Position numbers and translations under genes: made by a program
Part shown: positions 1-9,709 of the stretch, one piece after another
Layout of the letters: the number at the start of each line of letters is the position of its first letter
Numbering within the stretch: the stretch's first letter is position 1
Notes under the pieces: generated by a model
Database searches by the model: none
Seen by the model: the letters and a program-made list of their open reading frames with translations, nothing else
What the model was told of the DNA's origin: nothing
From: Dehalococcoidia bacterium UBA6495
GTDB lineage: Bacteria > Chloroflexota > Dehalococcoidia > Lucifugimonadales > UBA826
Direction: 5' to 3'
Length of the DNA stretch: 56,796 nucleotides
NCBI GenBank assembly: GCA_002435305.1
Contig: DJMH01000036.1
Coordinates: 86,750-143,545 of the forward strand

Positions 1-268
1 TAACATCCCTAAATATATCTACACATAAGTTGACCCTGATGTACGAGGCTTGCTTTAGGAGAATCACTTAAAACTAAAATATCTTTAGTCTTTGACTCAT
101 ATTCAGGGTAAAAATCCTGCCTTCATAAATCTGAATATTTTGAGTTTAATTCGAACCGAGCGTCCCGTACCGATGATTTATTTACAAATAAATGTTAGTG
201 GACTAAGACAAGGCTAGGTTTAACGAAAGGTTAACGAGGAATTAAAATACGGTTATTAAAAAGAGGTC

Positions 269-1696
269 TTAATTGGTACCGAAATTCCTAACCACGTGAA
301 GTCGGTTCAATAATGGCAAGGTAAAGTGAAAATTACTCCCCTCCCCTTCAATACTGTCAACATAGACCACCCCGCCGTGGGCCTGGACTATATGCTTAAC
401 AATGGCCAGGCCTAGCCCACTACCACCATCCCTGCGAGACCGATCAACTTTATAGAAACGTTCAAATAAATGAGGTAAGTGTTCAGTCCCAATACCGGAG
501 CCAGTATCTTGCACTGAAATTTCTAAAAATTCCTCATCAGACTTAGCACTTACTGTTACCTTGCCTTCATGTGAAGTGAATTTTGCAGAGTTCTGGAGCA
601 AATTAATCAGTATTTGAGTAATCTTCTGTTTATCTCCAAGTACCTCCACTGTATCTGCTATATTAGAAGATATGGTGGGGCAATTTTCAATCTGATCTAA
701 AATTATGGAAATAGTCTCAGCTACTAAAGATCTTACTTCGACAGGCTCGAGTTCAATATTTTCCTGACCACTTTCTAGTCTAGAAAGCTCCAGTAAATCT
801 GCTACCAAAGAGGTCATCCTATCGACGTCCTTATCGATTCTTTTAAGGAAATCACCGGCAATTCTTCGATCTTCGTATGCTCCATTCTCAAGCGTTTCAA
901 CCATAGCTTTTACCGAAGCTAGCGGACTCCTGAGTTCATGAGACACATTGCTTACGAATTCTTTGCGAGTATTTTCTAACTGCCGAATATTTGTTAAATC
1001 ATGGACAGTTATTAATACCCCTGCCTCTGAACCTGAACCCACCGGTGTTGTAGTCACGCTTAGATAACGTCTAATTTCTGGTATCTCAATCTCATCTTGT
1101 ATTGACTCTTTCGATTCAAAACAATCAGAGGCCATTCGGATTATTTCGAAATCCCTGATCACGTCAGCTAATCTCAAACCCAAATATGCTGAATTTTCTA
1201 AGTTAAAAATAGCTTGGGCAGTCTTATTTAATAAAGTGATCGTTCCATTTTCATCAGTAACGATCACCCCATCCCCCATAGTGTCCAGAAGGGCAGACAA
1301 AGTGTTTCTTTCTGAGGAAAGAGCAATAACCGTCCCAGATATAGTTTCCGCCATATGGTTGAAAGCATCTGATAAATCTGAGGTTTCATCCTTTGAAATT
1401 GAAGTGACCCTATGGTCTAGATCCCCTTCAGAAATCAAGGAAACCCCCGTGATTAATTTATTTATCGCTCGGTTGATCCTTCTGCTGGTATAAAGAATTA
1501 CCAGCAACGCGGCAAAGGTCGTCATTAGGCCAACCAATATCACAACGACTACTAATTCGCTAGCCTGATCCGAGTAAACCTCGTTCAGCCGATTAAATAT
1601 ATAGACACTCGAGAAAATGATGACGAAAGTCACCAAAACTAAAAAAACTGAAATTATTTTCCATAGAGGTGAGCTAAAAAAACTTAACACAGTCAT
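269..1696 (-). CDS. sensor histidine kinase (PhoR/WalK-like architecture)
   Basis: 475 aa. N-terminal hydrophobic segments and a HAMP/PAS-like region. H-box VSHELRSPL, N-box LINLLQNSAKF, G-boxes DTGSGIG and GGSGLGLAIV. Starts 15 nt after the response-regulator stop. Confidence 0.9.
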   Translation of the reverse strand: MTVLSFFSSPLWKIISVFLVLVTFVIIFSSVYIFNRLNEVYSDQASELVVVVILVGLMTTFAALLVILYTSRRINRAINKLITGVSLISEGDLDHRVTSISKDETSDLSDAFNHMAETISGTVIALSSERNTLSALLDTMGDGVIVTDENGTITLLNKTAQAIFNLENSAYLGLRLADVIRDFEIIRMASDCFESKESIQDEIEIPEIRRYLSVTTTPVGSGSEAGVLITVHDLTNIRQLENTRKEFVSNVSHELRSPLASVKAMVETLENGAYEDRRIAGDFLKRIDKDVDRMTSLVADLLELSRLESGQENIELEPVEVRSLVAETISIILDQIENCPTISSNIADTVEVLGDKQKITQILINLLQNSAKFTSHEGKVTVSAKSDEEFLEISVQDTGSGIGTEHLPHLFERFYKVDRSRRDGGSGLGLAIVKHIVQAHGGVVYVDSIEGEGSNFHFTLPLLNRLHVVRNFGTN

Positions 1697-1711
1697 CCCC
1701 TGACAAATATA

Positions 1712-2401
1712 CTACCCGTCGAACCGGTACCCTAGCCCTCTTATTGTTACCAACTTTTTAGGCTGACTGGGGTTCGCCTCAATCTTCTCTCGAATCCATC
1801 TTACGTGAACATCTACAGTTCTAATGTCCCCAATAAATTCATTACCCCACAATTTTTCCAGAATCTGATCTCTTGTAAAGGCTCTGCCTTTATGTGAAGC
1901 CAAAAAATAAAGCAAATCAAATTCTTTGGGCTTCATAGAGATTTCCTCACCTCTGACTATGACTCTGTGACTGGTTAAGTGAATTTCCAATTCACCATAT
2001 TTTATATCTTCAAGATCATTTTCTACCGGATTTAAAGCCGCCCTTCTGAGAACGTTTCTAACTCTGGCAACAAGTTCCCTCATGCTAAAAGGTTTAGTTA
2101 GATAATCGTCGGCTCCAATTTCAAGACCCACAACCCGATCGATCTCCTCAGTCTTGGCTGAGATCATAAAAACTGGCATATCCAAATTCTTACGAAGAAT
2201 TCTGCAAACCTCAAATCCATCCATTTTGGGCAGCATAATATCCAACAACACTAAATCGGGCCTGATCTCTTGAGCCTTTTCTAAGCCTTCTTCCCCATCC
2301 ATTGAGGTAAATACATCGTACCCTTCTTGGGTTAAGCTATATTTCACCGCCTCCAAAATATTTTCTTCATCTTCAATAATGAGAATTTTTTCGCTGCTCA
2401 C
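1712..2401 (-). CDS. OmpR/PhoB-family response regulator
   Basis: 229 aa. Receiver motifs IIEDE, DLVLLDIMLPKMDG and LTKPF. C-terminal winged helix (RTVDVHVRWIREKI, GLGYRF). GTG start. Confidence 0.93.
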   Translation of the reverse strand: MSSEKILIIEDEENILEAVKYSLTQEGYDVFTSMDGEEGLEKAQEIRPDLVLLDIMLPKMDGFEVCRILRKNLDMPVFMISAKTEEIDRVVGLEIGADDYLTKPFSMRELVARVRNVLRRAALNPVENDLEDIKYGELEIHLTSHRVIVRGEEISMKPKEFDLLYFLASHKGRAFTRDQILEKLWGNEFIGDIRTVDVHVRWIREKIEANPSQPKKLVTIRGLGYRFDG

Positions 2402-2594
2402 TCCAAATCTCCCTGCTATTTGTGTGATCCTCTTAATTAATTACTAACATCAATTCATCAAATATGTAAGTCTCTAAATAAGATTACAAAGTAAGATGTA
2501 CATTGGATTTTTAAAAAATCCGGAATCAAACCTACATTGGATATTTGAATTGCTCATTGCATATTGGTGCGAAATCACAAAAAGACTGTACCAT

Positions 2595-3728
2595 TTACAA
2601 TATTTTAACCATTGGAACAGATAGTTCACTGGTTATGTCTGTAAACCACTCCACAACTTCAGAGTGCAGAGGAATACCATTTACTTTTCTATCTTCTTCT
2701 TCCTCGTATTCAGAAAGCCCAGGATACATAACCCTATCCTGCCCGGGAGCAGGCGGCGTATCCTTCAAGACCTGAAGCATGTTATCCATGTTATCTTTGA
2801 ACAATTCAACATCGGTAAATGCCTCTATATTGTAAGCGCAAAAATAGTGGGAGCTTGTTCCTCCGGTCCTGCTGGTTTTACCCGAACCGATGACCATAGC
2901 ACTTATAGCCCCACTTAATCCCGTAGCTAATATTTCCGACATCAAACCAAAACCATAACCTTTGTGCGAACCTTGTTCTCTCGTTCCTCCTAAAGGTAGT
3001 TGATAAAAATCCCCACGGTCCGGCATTGGAACTTCGTCCCCTATAGGAGACCCATCCATCTGTGAAATCCAATTAGGAAGTAGATTGGCCCCGACACGAG
3101 CCGCAAGCCCTAGTTTATTACCTGCGATAGCAGAGGTAGCAGCATCAAAAAGGAATGGAGGATTTTTCCTTGCAGGCGCTGCTATCGCTATCGGATTGGT
3201 GCCCAATCTAGGCTCTGCACCAAACGTCGGAAGTACACTCATCCCCCCCGCTGTGGCAGTCATTCCTATCATATCTTCTTTAGCAGCTAGCATTGCATGA
3301 TGACCAATTGCACCGGAATGTCCGGCGTTGTGCATCGTCACAACACCTATCCCAACAGTTGTGGCTTTCTCAATGGCAATCCTCATTGCCTTAGGGCCCA
3401 ATATAACCGCCAAGCCACTATCCGCATCGATGGTTGCAGTACCTTGGGTCTCTCGTTCAATCTTCCAATCTGGACGAGGATTCAGATCTCCTGCATTGTA
3501 TCTCCCTACATAACTCCGAAGCATGTTAGATACTCCGTGGGTTTCCACTCCTCGAAGATCTGTTGCCACAAGCACACTAGCCCCCTCCTTCGCATCTTCC
3601 GGTACTACTCCCATCTTTTCAAAAATTTGGGTTACAGTTTCCTGCAGGGATTCATGGTCTACCTTGATGATATCTTCTTTTGGAACTTTAAATCGATCTA
3701 ACATGTTTTCCCAATCTACCTCCATCAA
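2595..3728 (-). CDS. Ldh_2-family (malate/L-lactate dehydrogenase type 2) oxidoreductase, substrate unknown
   Basis: 377 aa. Family-typical segments ETHGVSNMLRSYVGRY, HNAGHSGAIGHHAMLAA and GSHKGYGFGL. Lies 12 nt downstream of the SelA-like gene. Confidence 0.8.
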   Translation of the reverse strand: MMEVDWENMLDRFKVPKEDIIKVDHESLQETVTQIFEKMGVVPEDAKEGASVLVATDLRGVETHGVSNMLRSYVGRYNAGDLNPRPDWKIERETQGTATIDADSGLAVILGPKAMRIAIEKATTVGIGVVTMHNAGHSGAIGHHAMLAAKEDMIGMTATAGGMSVLPTFGAEPRLGTNPIAIAAPARKNPPFLFDAATSAIAGNKLGLAARVGANLLPNWISQMDGSPIGDEVPMPDRGDFYQLPLGGTREQGSHKGYGFGLMSEILATGLSGAISAMVIGSGKTSRTGGTSSHYFCAYNIEAFTDVELFKDNMDNMLQVLKDTPPAPGQDRVMYPGLSEYEEEEDRKVNGIPLHSEVVEWFTDITSELSVPMVKIL

Positions 3729-3740
3729 CCCAAGATAAAA

Positions 3741-4871
3741 CTAATTTTGAACCAGTAATTCCCGTAGTCTACCAATAACCATTTCCAATTCTGAGTCGGC
3801 AATGTTGAAAGGATCAACAGCTAACTCATCTGGTGTGCCCAAATTGCTGAGATATATCGGTGGGTCTCCTGCTACCATCTGTTTCCAAACCTCATCTCGT
3901 GACAACCCATTTCTGTCGGGGTCAAATGTAATTAAAGCCGTAGGTATAAGATAATCATATGGATCGAATTTGGTCTGCAACCCGACACCTGGAATTTCTA
4001 TCAAGGCATCCACAATTTGGTCACACATTTGCTGGTATCTTTTGTTTTCTTCTTTCTCATCTTCGGACAGAAATATTTCTAATGCTTTTGATAAACCGAT
4101 AATTTCCTCTTTTGCGACCTTCAAACCTCTACCTATAAATTGGTGGGGACTCGCGTTGGCATATGCAGCCTCAATGAGATCTGACCTGCCACACAGCACA
4201 CCAGTGCCTTGCGGGCCTCTTATTCCCTTGCCACCGCTGTAGATAACCATATCAGCCCCTTCTTTTATAAAGCGGGTAATGTTAGCTCTAGGAGGCAAGT
4301 ACGAAGCGGCGTCTACAATAACAGGTATTCCCTTAGAATGAGCTACTTCACATACATATTCAAAAGGCAAGGCTTTTCTGGTTATAAACGGTGAAAACAA
4401 ATATGCGACAGCAGCTGTGTTTTCGGTAAAAGCACCTTCCAACTCCCATGGTTGGCACCTGCGACCGTCCCCAATTTCTACAAATTTGGCCCCCACGGAC
4501 AGGTAACATTGATCATAAGGAAATCTATGGCTTCTATGTATGACAATTTCATTTTTCATCCCATTTGTATCTGGTAGTTTTTTCATTCTAATAGGATCAT
4601 TACCAGCAACTACCGCTGCTGCCTGCAGGATAAGACCTCCAGCTGCGCCACTGGTGACCATTCCGGCCTCTGCACCGGTGACAGCTGCTATTTGCTTACC
4701 AACAGCTATATTGAGTTCATCCATATTCACCATAGTGTTGGAGACTCGATTCATAGCATCCATTACTTCCGGTCTAAGTCTACTACCACCATAAGCAGTC
4801 ACTGTGCCAGTAGCAGATATAAGGGGACTGAGACCTAGAGATTCTAATATGTCTTTACCCGGGGAATACAT
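3741..4871 (-). CDS. SelA/DgaE-like PLP-dependent enzyme (COG1921-type), function unknown
   Basis: N-terminus LGLSPLISATGTVTAYGGSRL and lysine motif YSGGKGIRGPQGTG resemble the SelA-like fold-type I family. ATG at 4871 (GAGG 8 nt upstream) is preferred over the track GTG at 4922. Confidence 0.7.
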   Translation of the reverse strand: MYSPGKDILESLGLSPLISATGTVTAYGGSRLRPEVMDAMNRVSNTMVNMDELNIAVGKQIAAVTGAEAGMVTSGAAGGLILQAAAVVAGNDPIRMKKLPDTNGMKNEIVIHRSHRFPYDQCYLSVGAKFVEIGDGRRCQPWELEGAFTENTAAVAYLFSPFITRKALPFEYVCEVAHSKGIPVIVDAASYLPPRANITRFIKEGADMVIYSGGKGIRGPQGTGVLCGRSDLIEAAYANASPHQFIGRGLKVAKEEIIGLSKALEIFLSEDEKEENKRYQQMCDQIVDALIEIPGVGLQTKFDPYDYLIPTALITFDPDRNGLSRDEVWKQMVAGDPPIYLSNLGTPDELAVDPFNIADSELEMVIGRLRELLVQN

Positions 4872-4936
4872 TAGGGAAACCTCACACAATTCAATAACGG
4901 CATAGTAACGCGGATTATACACTGCCCGTTAGGAGT

Positions 4937-5965
4937 TTAAACTATGAACATCGCATCACCAAAGCTATAAAACCTATATCGGTTCTGGATCGCTTCTTTA
5001 TAGGCCTTTAAAACATTATCCCTGCCGGCAAGGGCACTGGTTAACATTAGCAAAGTAGATTTAGGCAAGTGGAAATTTGTGATTAAACTATCAACAACTC
5101 GAAATTGATATCCTGGTTTAATAAAAATATCAGCCCATCCGGAACCTGGATTTAAAGTAGGAGACAAATTAATTCTTGCGGCATTTTCCAGAAGCCTTAC
5201 CGCCGTGGTCCCTACAGATATAACCCTCCTTCCTTCAGTTTTCGCCAGATTTATTCTGTTACACACGTCTCGGGCAAGTTCCCAATATTCTGAATGCATT
5301 TTATGCTCTGAAGGATCATTGGTCTTCAGAGGCCGGAAGGAATCCCAACCTACATGAAGGGTTACAAATTCTAGCGACACTCCTTTCGCAGATATCCGGT
5401 TGAGTAAATTTTTTGTGAAATGAAGACCAGCAGTTGGGGCCGCGATACTTCCTTCTTTTTGAGCGTATACAGTCTGGTATCGGTCAGTAGGTACCATTGT
5501 TTCATGTATGTATGGGGGAAGAGGCAGTGACCCAAAATACTTGAAATTTAACTCAGATTCGAACTCAACTTCTCGACTACCATCAAGATATTGCTCCCGA
5601 ATTCTCCCAATTAATTGTTTGCCATCAGTTCCATTTATTAGAAATTTTGCCCCCTTTCTCATTCTTCGTCCCGGTTTAACTAAGGTCTTCCAAACATTAG
5701 GACTGTTCTGAGAAAGCAACAGTAGTTCGACTTTGCTCCCTCTATCCACTGTTGATCCATACATCCTAGCTGGTATGACCCTACTATCATTAAATACCAA
5801 CACATCCCCATGATTTAAATATTCAGAAATGTCATAGAATTTACGGTGCTTAATTCGGCCACTTTTTCGATCCAGTATCATGAGGCGTGAGTGATCTCTT
5901 GGTTCTGATGGAGATTGGGCAATTAATTCTTGTGGAAGTTTGTAGTCAAAATCAGCAGTCTTCAA
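4937..5965 (-). CDS. queA: S-adenosylmethionine:tRNA ribosyltransferase-isomerase
   Basis: 342 aa. N-terminus KTADFDYKLPQELIAQSP..RDHSRLM and C-terminus RFYSFGDAMFI are typical QueA. TTG start. Confidence 0.93.
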   Translation of the reverse strand: MKTADFDYKLPQELIAQSPSEPRDHSRLMILDRKSGRIKHRKFYDISEYLNHGDVLVFNDSRVIPARMYGSTVDRGSKVELLLLSQNSPNVWKTLVKPGRRMRKGAKFLINGTDGKQLIGRIREQYLDGSREVEFESELNFKYFGSLPLPPYIHETMVPTDRYQTVYAQKEGSIAAPTAGLHFTKNLLNRISAKGVSLEFVTLHVGWDSFRPLKTNDPSEHKMHSEYWELARDVCNRINLAKTEGRRVISVGTTAVRLLENAARINLSPTLNPGSGWADIFIKPGYQFRVVDSLITNFHLPKSTLLMLTSALAGRDNVLKAYKEAIQNRYRFYSFGDAMFIV

Positions 5966-6116
5966 ATTTAGTGCCTATAGAAATCCGATGTTTATTCAAT
6001 TCTTTAATTCTACAAGAACAGTACATACAAAAAGTAAGATAAAGCCCCCGTAATTGGTAGAATAGGTTGATCGGTTTCAACGAACGTTGGACAAGTTTAA
6101 ATAAGAGGTGTTATAC

Positions 6117-6989
6117 ATGAGCCAATTTTATCCTGAAGACAAATGGGTCGTTGCAAATGATCTTAATATTCATTACCTTGACTGGGGTGGCGACAAAACA
6201 AAGAAACCTCTCATATTGATGCATGGTATTGGTGGTCATGCTCATCTTTTTGATGAAATATCCCCTGAATTTTCAGACAAGTGGCACGTTGTAGCCATAG
6301 ATGCTCGAGGTTGCGGCGATAGCGATTGGAGCAGAGGGGGTTACTCGGTTCAGAACTTTGCTTCCGACTTAGCCGCTTTTGCCAATGTCACCGGTCTATA
6401 CCCATTTGATTATTATGGCCATTCCCAAGGGTCCAGAATAGGCATAGCTTTGGGGGCATATTACGGGGATTTTATTTCCCACTTGGCATTGGGAGATTAT
6501 GGGCCAATGCCGGACCCTTCCCCTGCCGGTAAAGCCACAGCTAACCAAAGAATGACAAAGGGCGCAAAAGAAAAACCTAGAGGGTTTTTCACACCTGAAC
6601 AAGCATTTGATTGGCATAAAGAGTCCGAGCCCACTTTAAACAACGACCAATTATGGCAAGTTGTTAAATACACCTATCGCACAAATTGGGATGGAATACT
6701 CATACCGAAAACCGATCCAGAGATAAAGTGGCTTTTAGGTAGAACCGCCCTTAAAGAAGGAGAATTCCTGTGGGACTGTGTATCGAGAATATCCTGCAAT
6801 ACAATGATTGTCAGGGGCGAAACCTCTACTGTGCTAGATCTTAATCAAGCCAATGAAATGGCCACTAAGATACCTTCTAATAAAGGTATTGTTAAAGAAA
6901 TAGATGGTGCCGGACACGGTCTTCATAGTGAAAATCGTGAAGGAACGGTTAAGGCATTGAGAGAATTTTTCTCCGGCCAAAACAGTTAA
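6117..6989 (+). CDS. alpha/beta-fold hydrolase
   Basis: HGIGGH oxyanion region, nucleophile elbow GHSQGS, C-terminal GAGHGLH. ATG 6117 is preceded by AAGAGGTG; the track start is GTG 6108. Confidence 0.8.
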   Translation: MSQFYPEDKWVVANDLNIHYLDWGGDKTKKPLILMHGIGGHAHLFDEISPEFSDKWHVVAIDARGCGDSDWSRGGYSVQNFASDLAAFANVTGLYPFDYYGHSQGSRIGIALGAYYGDFISHLALGDYGPMPDPSPAGKATANQRMTKGAKEKPRGFFTPEQAFDWHKESEPTLNNDQLWQVVKYTYRTNWDGILIPKTDPEIKWLLGRTALKEGEFLWDCVSRISCNTMIVRGETSTVLDLNQANEMATKIPSNKGIVKEIDGAGHGLHSENREGTVKALREFFSGQNS

Positions 6990-7000
6990 GAATTATATCG

Positions 7001-7912
7001 ATGTCCCTGAATAGCATCATAAATTTCCTTTATGAAGCCGTTACCGATTTTTTATCTAAAAATTGTGTTTCTATGGCCGCAGCTATTTCCTTTTACGCAT
7101 TGTTTTCATTGTTTCCACTGGGTTTGGCTGTGGTATCGGTAATGGCATTCATCATTGGCCCAGACAGTGACAGAACCGAGTTAGCTATCCAAATGGCGGA
7201 AGTTCTGCCTGTTTCAAGTGATTTAATTGGTTCAACCATGGAAGGTATAGTGAAAGCTCGTACAATCACCGGGATTGCCAGTTTTCTTGGATTGATATGG
7301 GCCTCGTCGGCTGCTTTTGGGGCTATTAGAAGAGGAATCAATACAGCCTGGGGAGTAACACGTCCCAGACCTTTCCTCAGGGAAAGGTTGATAGATATCG
7401 GTTTAGTTTTTGGTGCAGGCATATTGGTGTTGATAATCCTTTTGACTGCGCCTATCATCTCCTTCGTAACAGATCTTTTCGAATATTTTGATCCAGGCGG
7501 AGATTTCCAAATAGATTTTGTTCTTGGCTTAGTAGTCCGATTAATTTCACCAATATTGGCGTTCATATCTATACTGATACTTTATGCATGGATGCCAAAT
7601 ATAAAAGTAAGAATGCAATATGTGATACCCGGAGCCCTTATTGCCACTTTAGGGTTTATTACCGGGCAGTGGTGTTTCATATGGGTGGTGAGTACGTTCT
7701 CCCTTTACAACGCAGTTTATGGATCTGTGGGAGCACTTTTAGCTTTGCTGGCATGGCTTTATATCTCCGCCATTATATTACTTTTTGGAGCGCAACTTAC
7801 ATCGATGTTCCATAAATATGGCGTTGAAGAAGATGAAAAAAGCAGATTAGATAGAATGTTCCTTGCTTTAAAAAGAAGGGGTAATTTGATTGTTCGTTCG
7901 ATTAAACCTTAA
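7001..7912 (+). CDS. YihY/BrkB-family integral membrane protein
   Basis: 303 aa with multiple hydrophobic helices. N-terminal segment AAAISFYALFSLFPL is typical of the YihY family. Confidence 0.75.
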   Translation: MSLNSIINFLYEAVTDFLSKNCVSMAAAISFYALFSLFPLGLAVVSVMAFIIGPDSDRTELAIQMAEVLPVSSDLIGSTMEGIVKARTITGIASFLGLIWASSAAFGAIRRGINTAWGVTRPRPFLRERLIDIGLVFGAGILVLIILLTAPIISFVTDLFEYFDPGGDFQIDFVLGLVVRLISPILAFISILILYAWMPNIKVRMQYVIPGALIATLGFITGQWCFIWVVSTFSLYNAVYGSVGALLALLAWLYISAIILLFGAQLTSMFHKYGVEEDEKSRLDRMFLALKRRGNLIVRSIKP

Positions 7913-8984
7913 AAATATTCGCTCTTTCCTCTTGGTAGTCGCCATTTTGGCAAGTTATGCTTGTTCTACTAATGAGACTCGATCTCCTGTCGTCGATTCA
8001 AATGACTTTACTGAGGAAATCACACTTGAAAATACTCATTTAATTAAAAGCCCACTCGTTACACAAAATTTGTTCCCCCTAGCCGATTTAGTTGAAAATG
8101 TCCAAAAATCTGTTGTATCCATATCCGTAGACATAGTTTCAAGGGGCCGCTTCTTTTTTGCTGATGAAGGATCTGGAACCGGCATAATCATCAGTAATGA
8201 TGGGTATATTGTTACCAATTATCATGTGATACAAAATACATCTGATATAGAAGTATCTCTATCGGATGGCGGAAACTATTCAGCTGAAATAGTTGGTCTT
8301 GATGTTTTAACTGATCTCGCGGTGATAAAAATAGAGGCGGACAATCTTTCTACAATTAAATTTGGGGAATCCAGTGCACTTAGACCTGGAGATTGGGTAT
8401 TTACGATTGGGAACGCATTGGGTTTGAGGGGTGGCCCAAGCGTGACATTCGGTGTCATAAGCGGTGTCGGAAGAACAGTTCAGACTGAAAGAGGAGATTT
8501 ATACGACATGATCCAACATGACGCTGCTATTAATCAAGGTAATAGCGGGGGCCCATTAGTTAGTGCCAAGGGAGAAGTAATAGGTATAAATACAGCCGTC
8601 TACAGTGGTGCACAAGGAATAGGGTTTTCCGTCTCTTCTTCAGTTGCGCAGCCGATAATTCATAGTTTGATAAAAGATGGAAAGGTAACCAGACCATTAA
8701 TAGGTCTTCGTGGTATAAATGCAACCAATACAATTTCAAGCAGATACGATTTAGGTGTCTCGGAAGGTATTTTCATAACCCAGATATCCCCAGATGGTCC
8801 GGCTGATAAAGGAAAACTAAAAGTGGGCGATGTGATAACGACAGTTGATGGAGTCTCTACTCCAACTATGTCAGAGTTCTTGCCGCTCCTATGGAGTTAC
8901 GGTGTCGGCGATACAGTGACATTGACCTATATTTCGGAAAAATCTCCCCTAGTAACAGAAATCACCCTGGATGAAAGACCTTGA
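7890..8984 (+). CDS. htrA: HtrA/DegP-like trypsin-fold serine protease with one PDZ domain
   Basis: Catalytic contexts TNYHV, DLAVIKI and GNSGGPL. PDZ segment GDVITTVDG. Hydrophobic N-terminal signal or anchor. TTG start overlaps the upstream gene by 23 nt. Confidence 0.88.
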   Translation: MFVRLNLKNIRSFLLVVAILASYACSTNETRSPVVDSNDFTEEITLENTHLIKSPLVTQNLFPLADLVENVQKSVVSISVDIVSRGRFFFADEGSGTGIIISNDGYIVTNYHVIQNTSDIEVSLSDGGNYSAEIVGLDVLTDLAVIKIEADNLSTIKFGESSALRPGDWVFTIGNALGLRGGPSVTFGVISGVGRTVQTERGDLYDMIQHDAAINQGNSGGPLVSAKGEVIGINTAVYSGAQGIGFSVSSSVAQPIIHSLIKDGKVTRPLIGLRGINATNTISSRYDLGVSEGIFITQISPDGPADKGKLKVGDVITTVDGVSTPTMSEFLPLLWSYGVGDTVTLTYISEKSPLVTEITLDERP

Positions 8985-8985
8985 A

Positions 8986-9702
8986 TTAAGGGCGTTCTCC
9001 TGAAATTATCGCGATTGACCCCATGCCTTTCGTCTCAACATTTATATTCCGTAACCCTGCCTCTTTCAACAATTTGGTGAGTTGTTTGGCTGACATAAAA
9101 TGCTGGACAGATTCTGGAAGGTATTTGTAGGCTTCGTAATCACCTGCGAAAATCTTTCCCAATTTAGGGGTAACCCACCTGAAATAACGCAAAAATAAAA
9201 CAGATGACAATCTATCTTGAGGCCTAACAATTTCCAACACAGTAACTTTGCCACCCCGCCTAGTTACTCTTACGATATCTGCCAGTGCCTTCGGCAGATC
9301 AGAAAAATTTCGTACCCCAAAGCCAACCGTGGCACTAGCAAACCTTTCATCCGGAAACGGCAAAATATGTGCATCGCCTATCACAGGAATAAATCTACCA
9401 CCCAATCCTAATTTAACACTTTTTCTTATAGCGACATCTAACATTTCGGAAGAAAAATCCAGTCCAACAACAATGTTTACATTGGAGTGTTTAAGTAGGT
9501 CGAAGGCAAAATCACCAGTGCCAGAAGCTACATCTAAAATATCTCCCGAGACATGAGTAGCAGCTAATTGCGCCGCTTTTCTTCTCCACATGTAATGCAT
9601 CCCAACAGTCATGAGGGTATTTAACAGATCATATCGGCGTGAAATTCTTCCAAACATTGATGCCACAAAAGCCGATCTATCATTACCTTTAAGCTGAGCC
9701 AA
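8986..9702 (-). CDS. ubiE: demethylmenaquinone/ubiquinone C-methyltransferase (UbiE/MenG family)
   Basis: 238 aa. RYDLLNTLMTVGMHYMWRR N-terminal motif and SAM motif ILDVASGTGD. Confidence 0.88.
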   Translation of the reverse strand: MAQLKGNDRSAFVASMFGRISRRYDLLNTLMTVGMHYMWRRKAAQLAATHVSGDILDVASGTGDFAFDLLKHSNVNIVVGLDFSSEMLDVAIRKSVKLGLGGRFIPVIGDAHILPFPDERFASATVGFGVRNFSDLPKALADIVRVTRRGGKVTVLEIVRPQDRLSSVLFLRYFRWVTPKLGKIFAGDYEAYKYLPESVQHFMSAKQLTKLLKEAGLRNINVETKGMGSIAIISGERP

Positions 9703-9709
9703 AGTATTT

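Noticed and set aside
141-175. GGTTCGAAT-like T-loop motif (minus strand around 148-157), suggesting a tRNA in the unannotated first 268 nt.
   Set aside because: The flanks cannot form a T-stem: CTCGG on the 5' side faces TAAAC on the 3' side. No acceptor or anticodon stems could be drawn either. No gene is called in 1-268.
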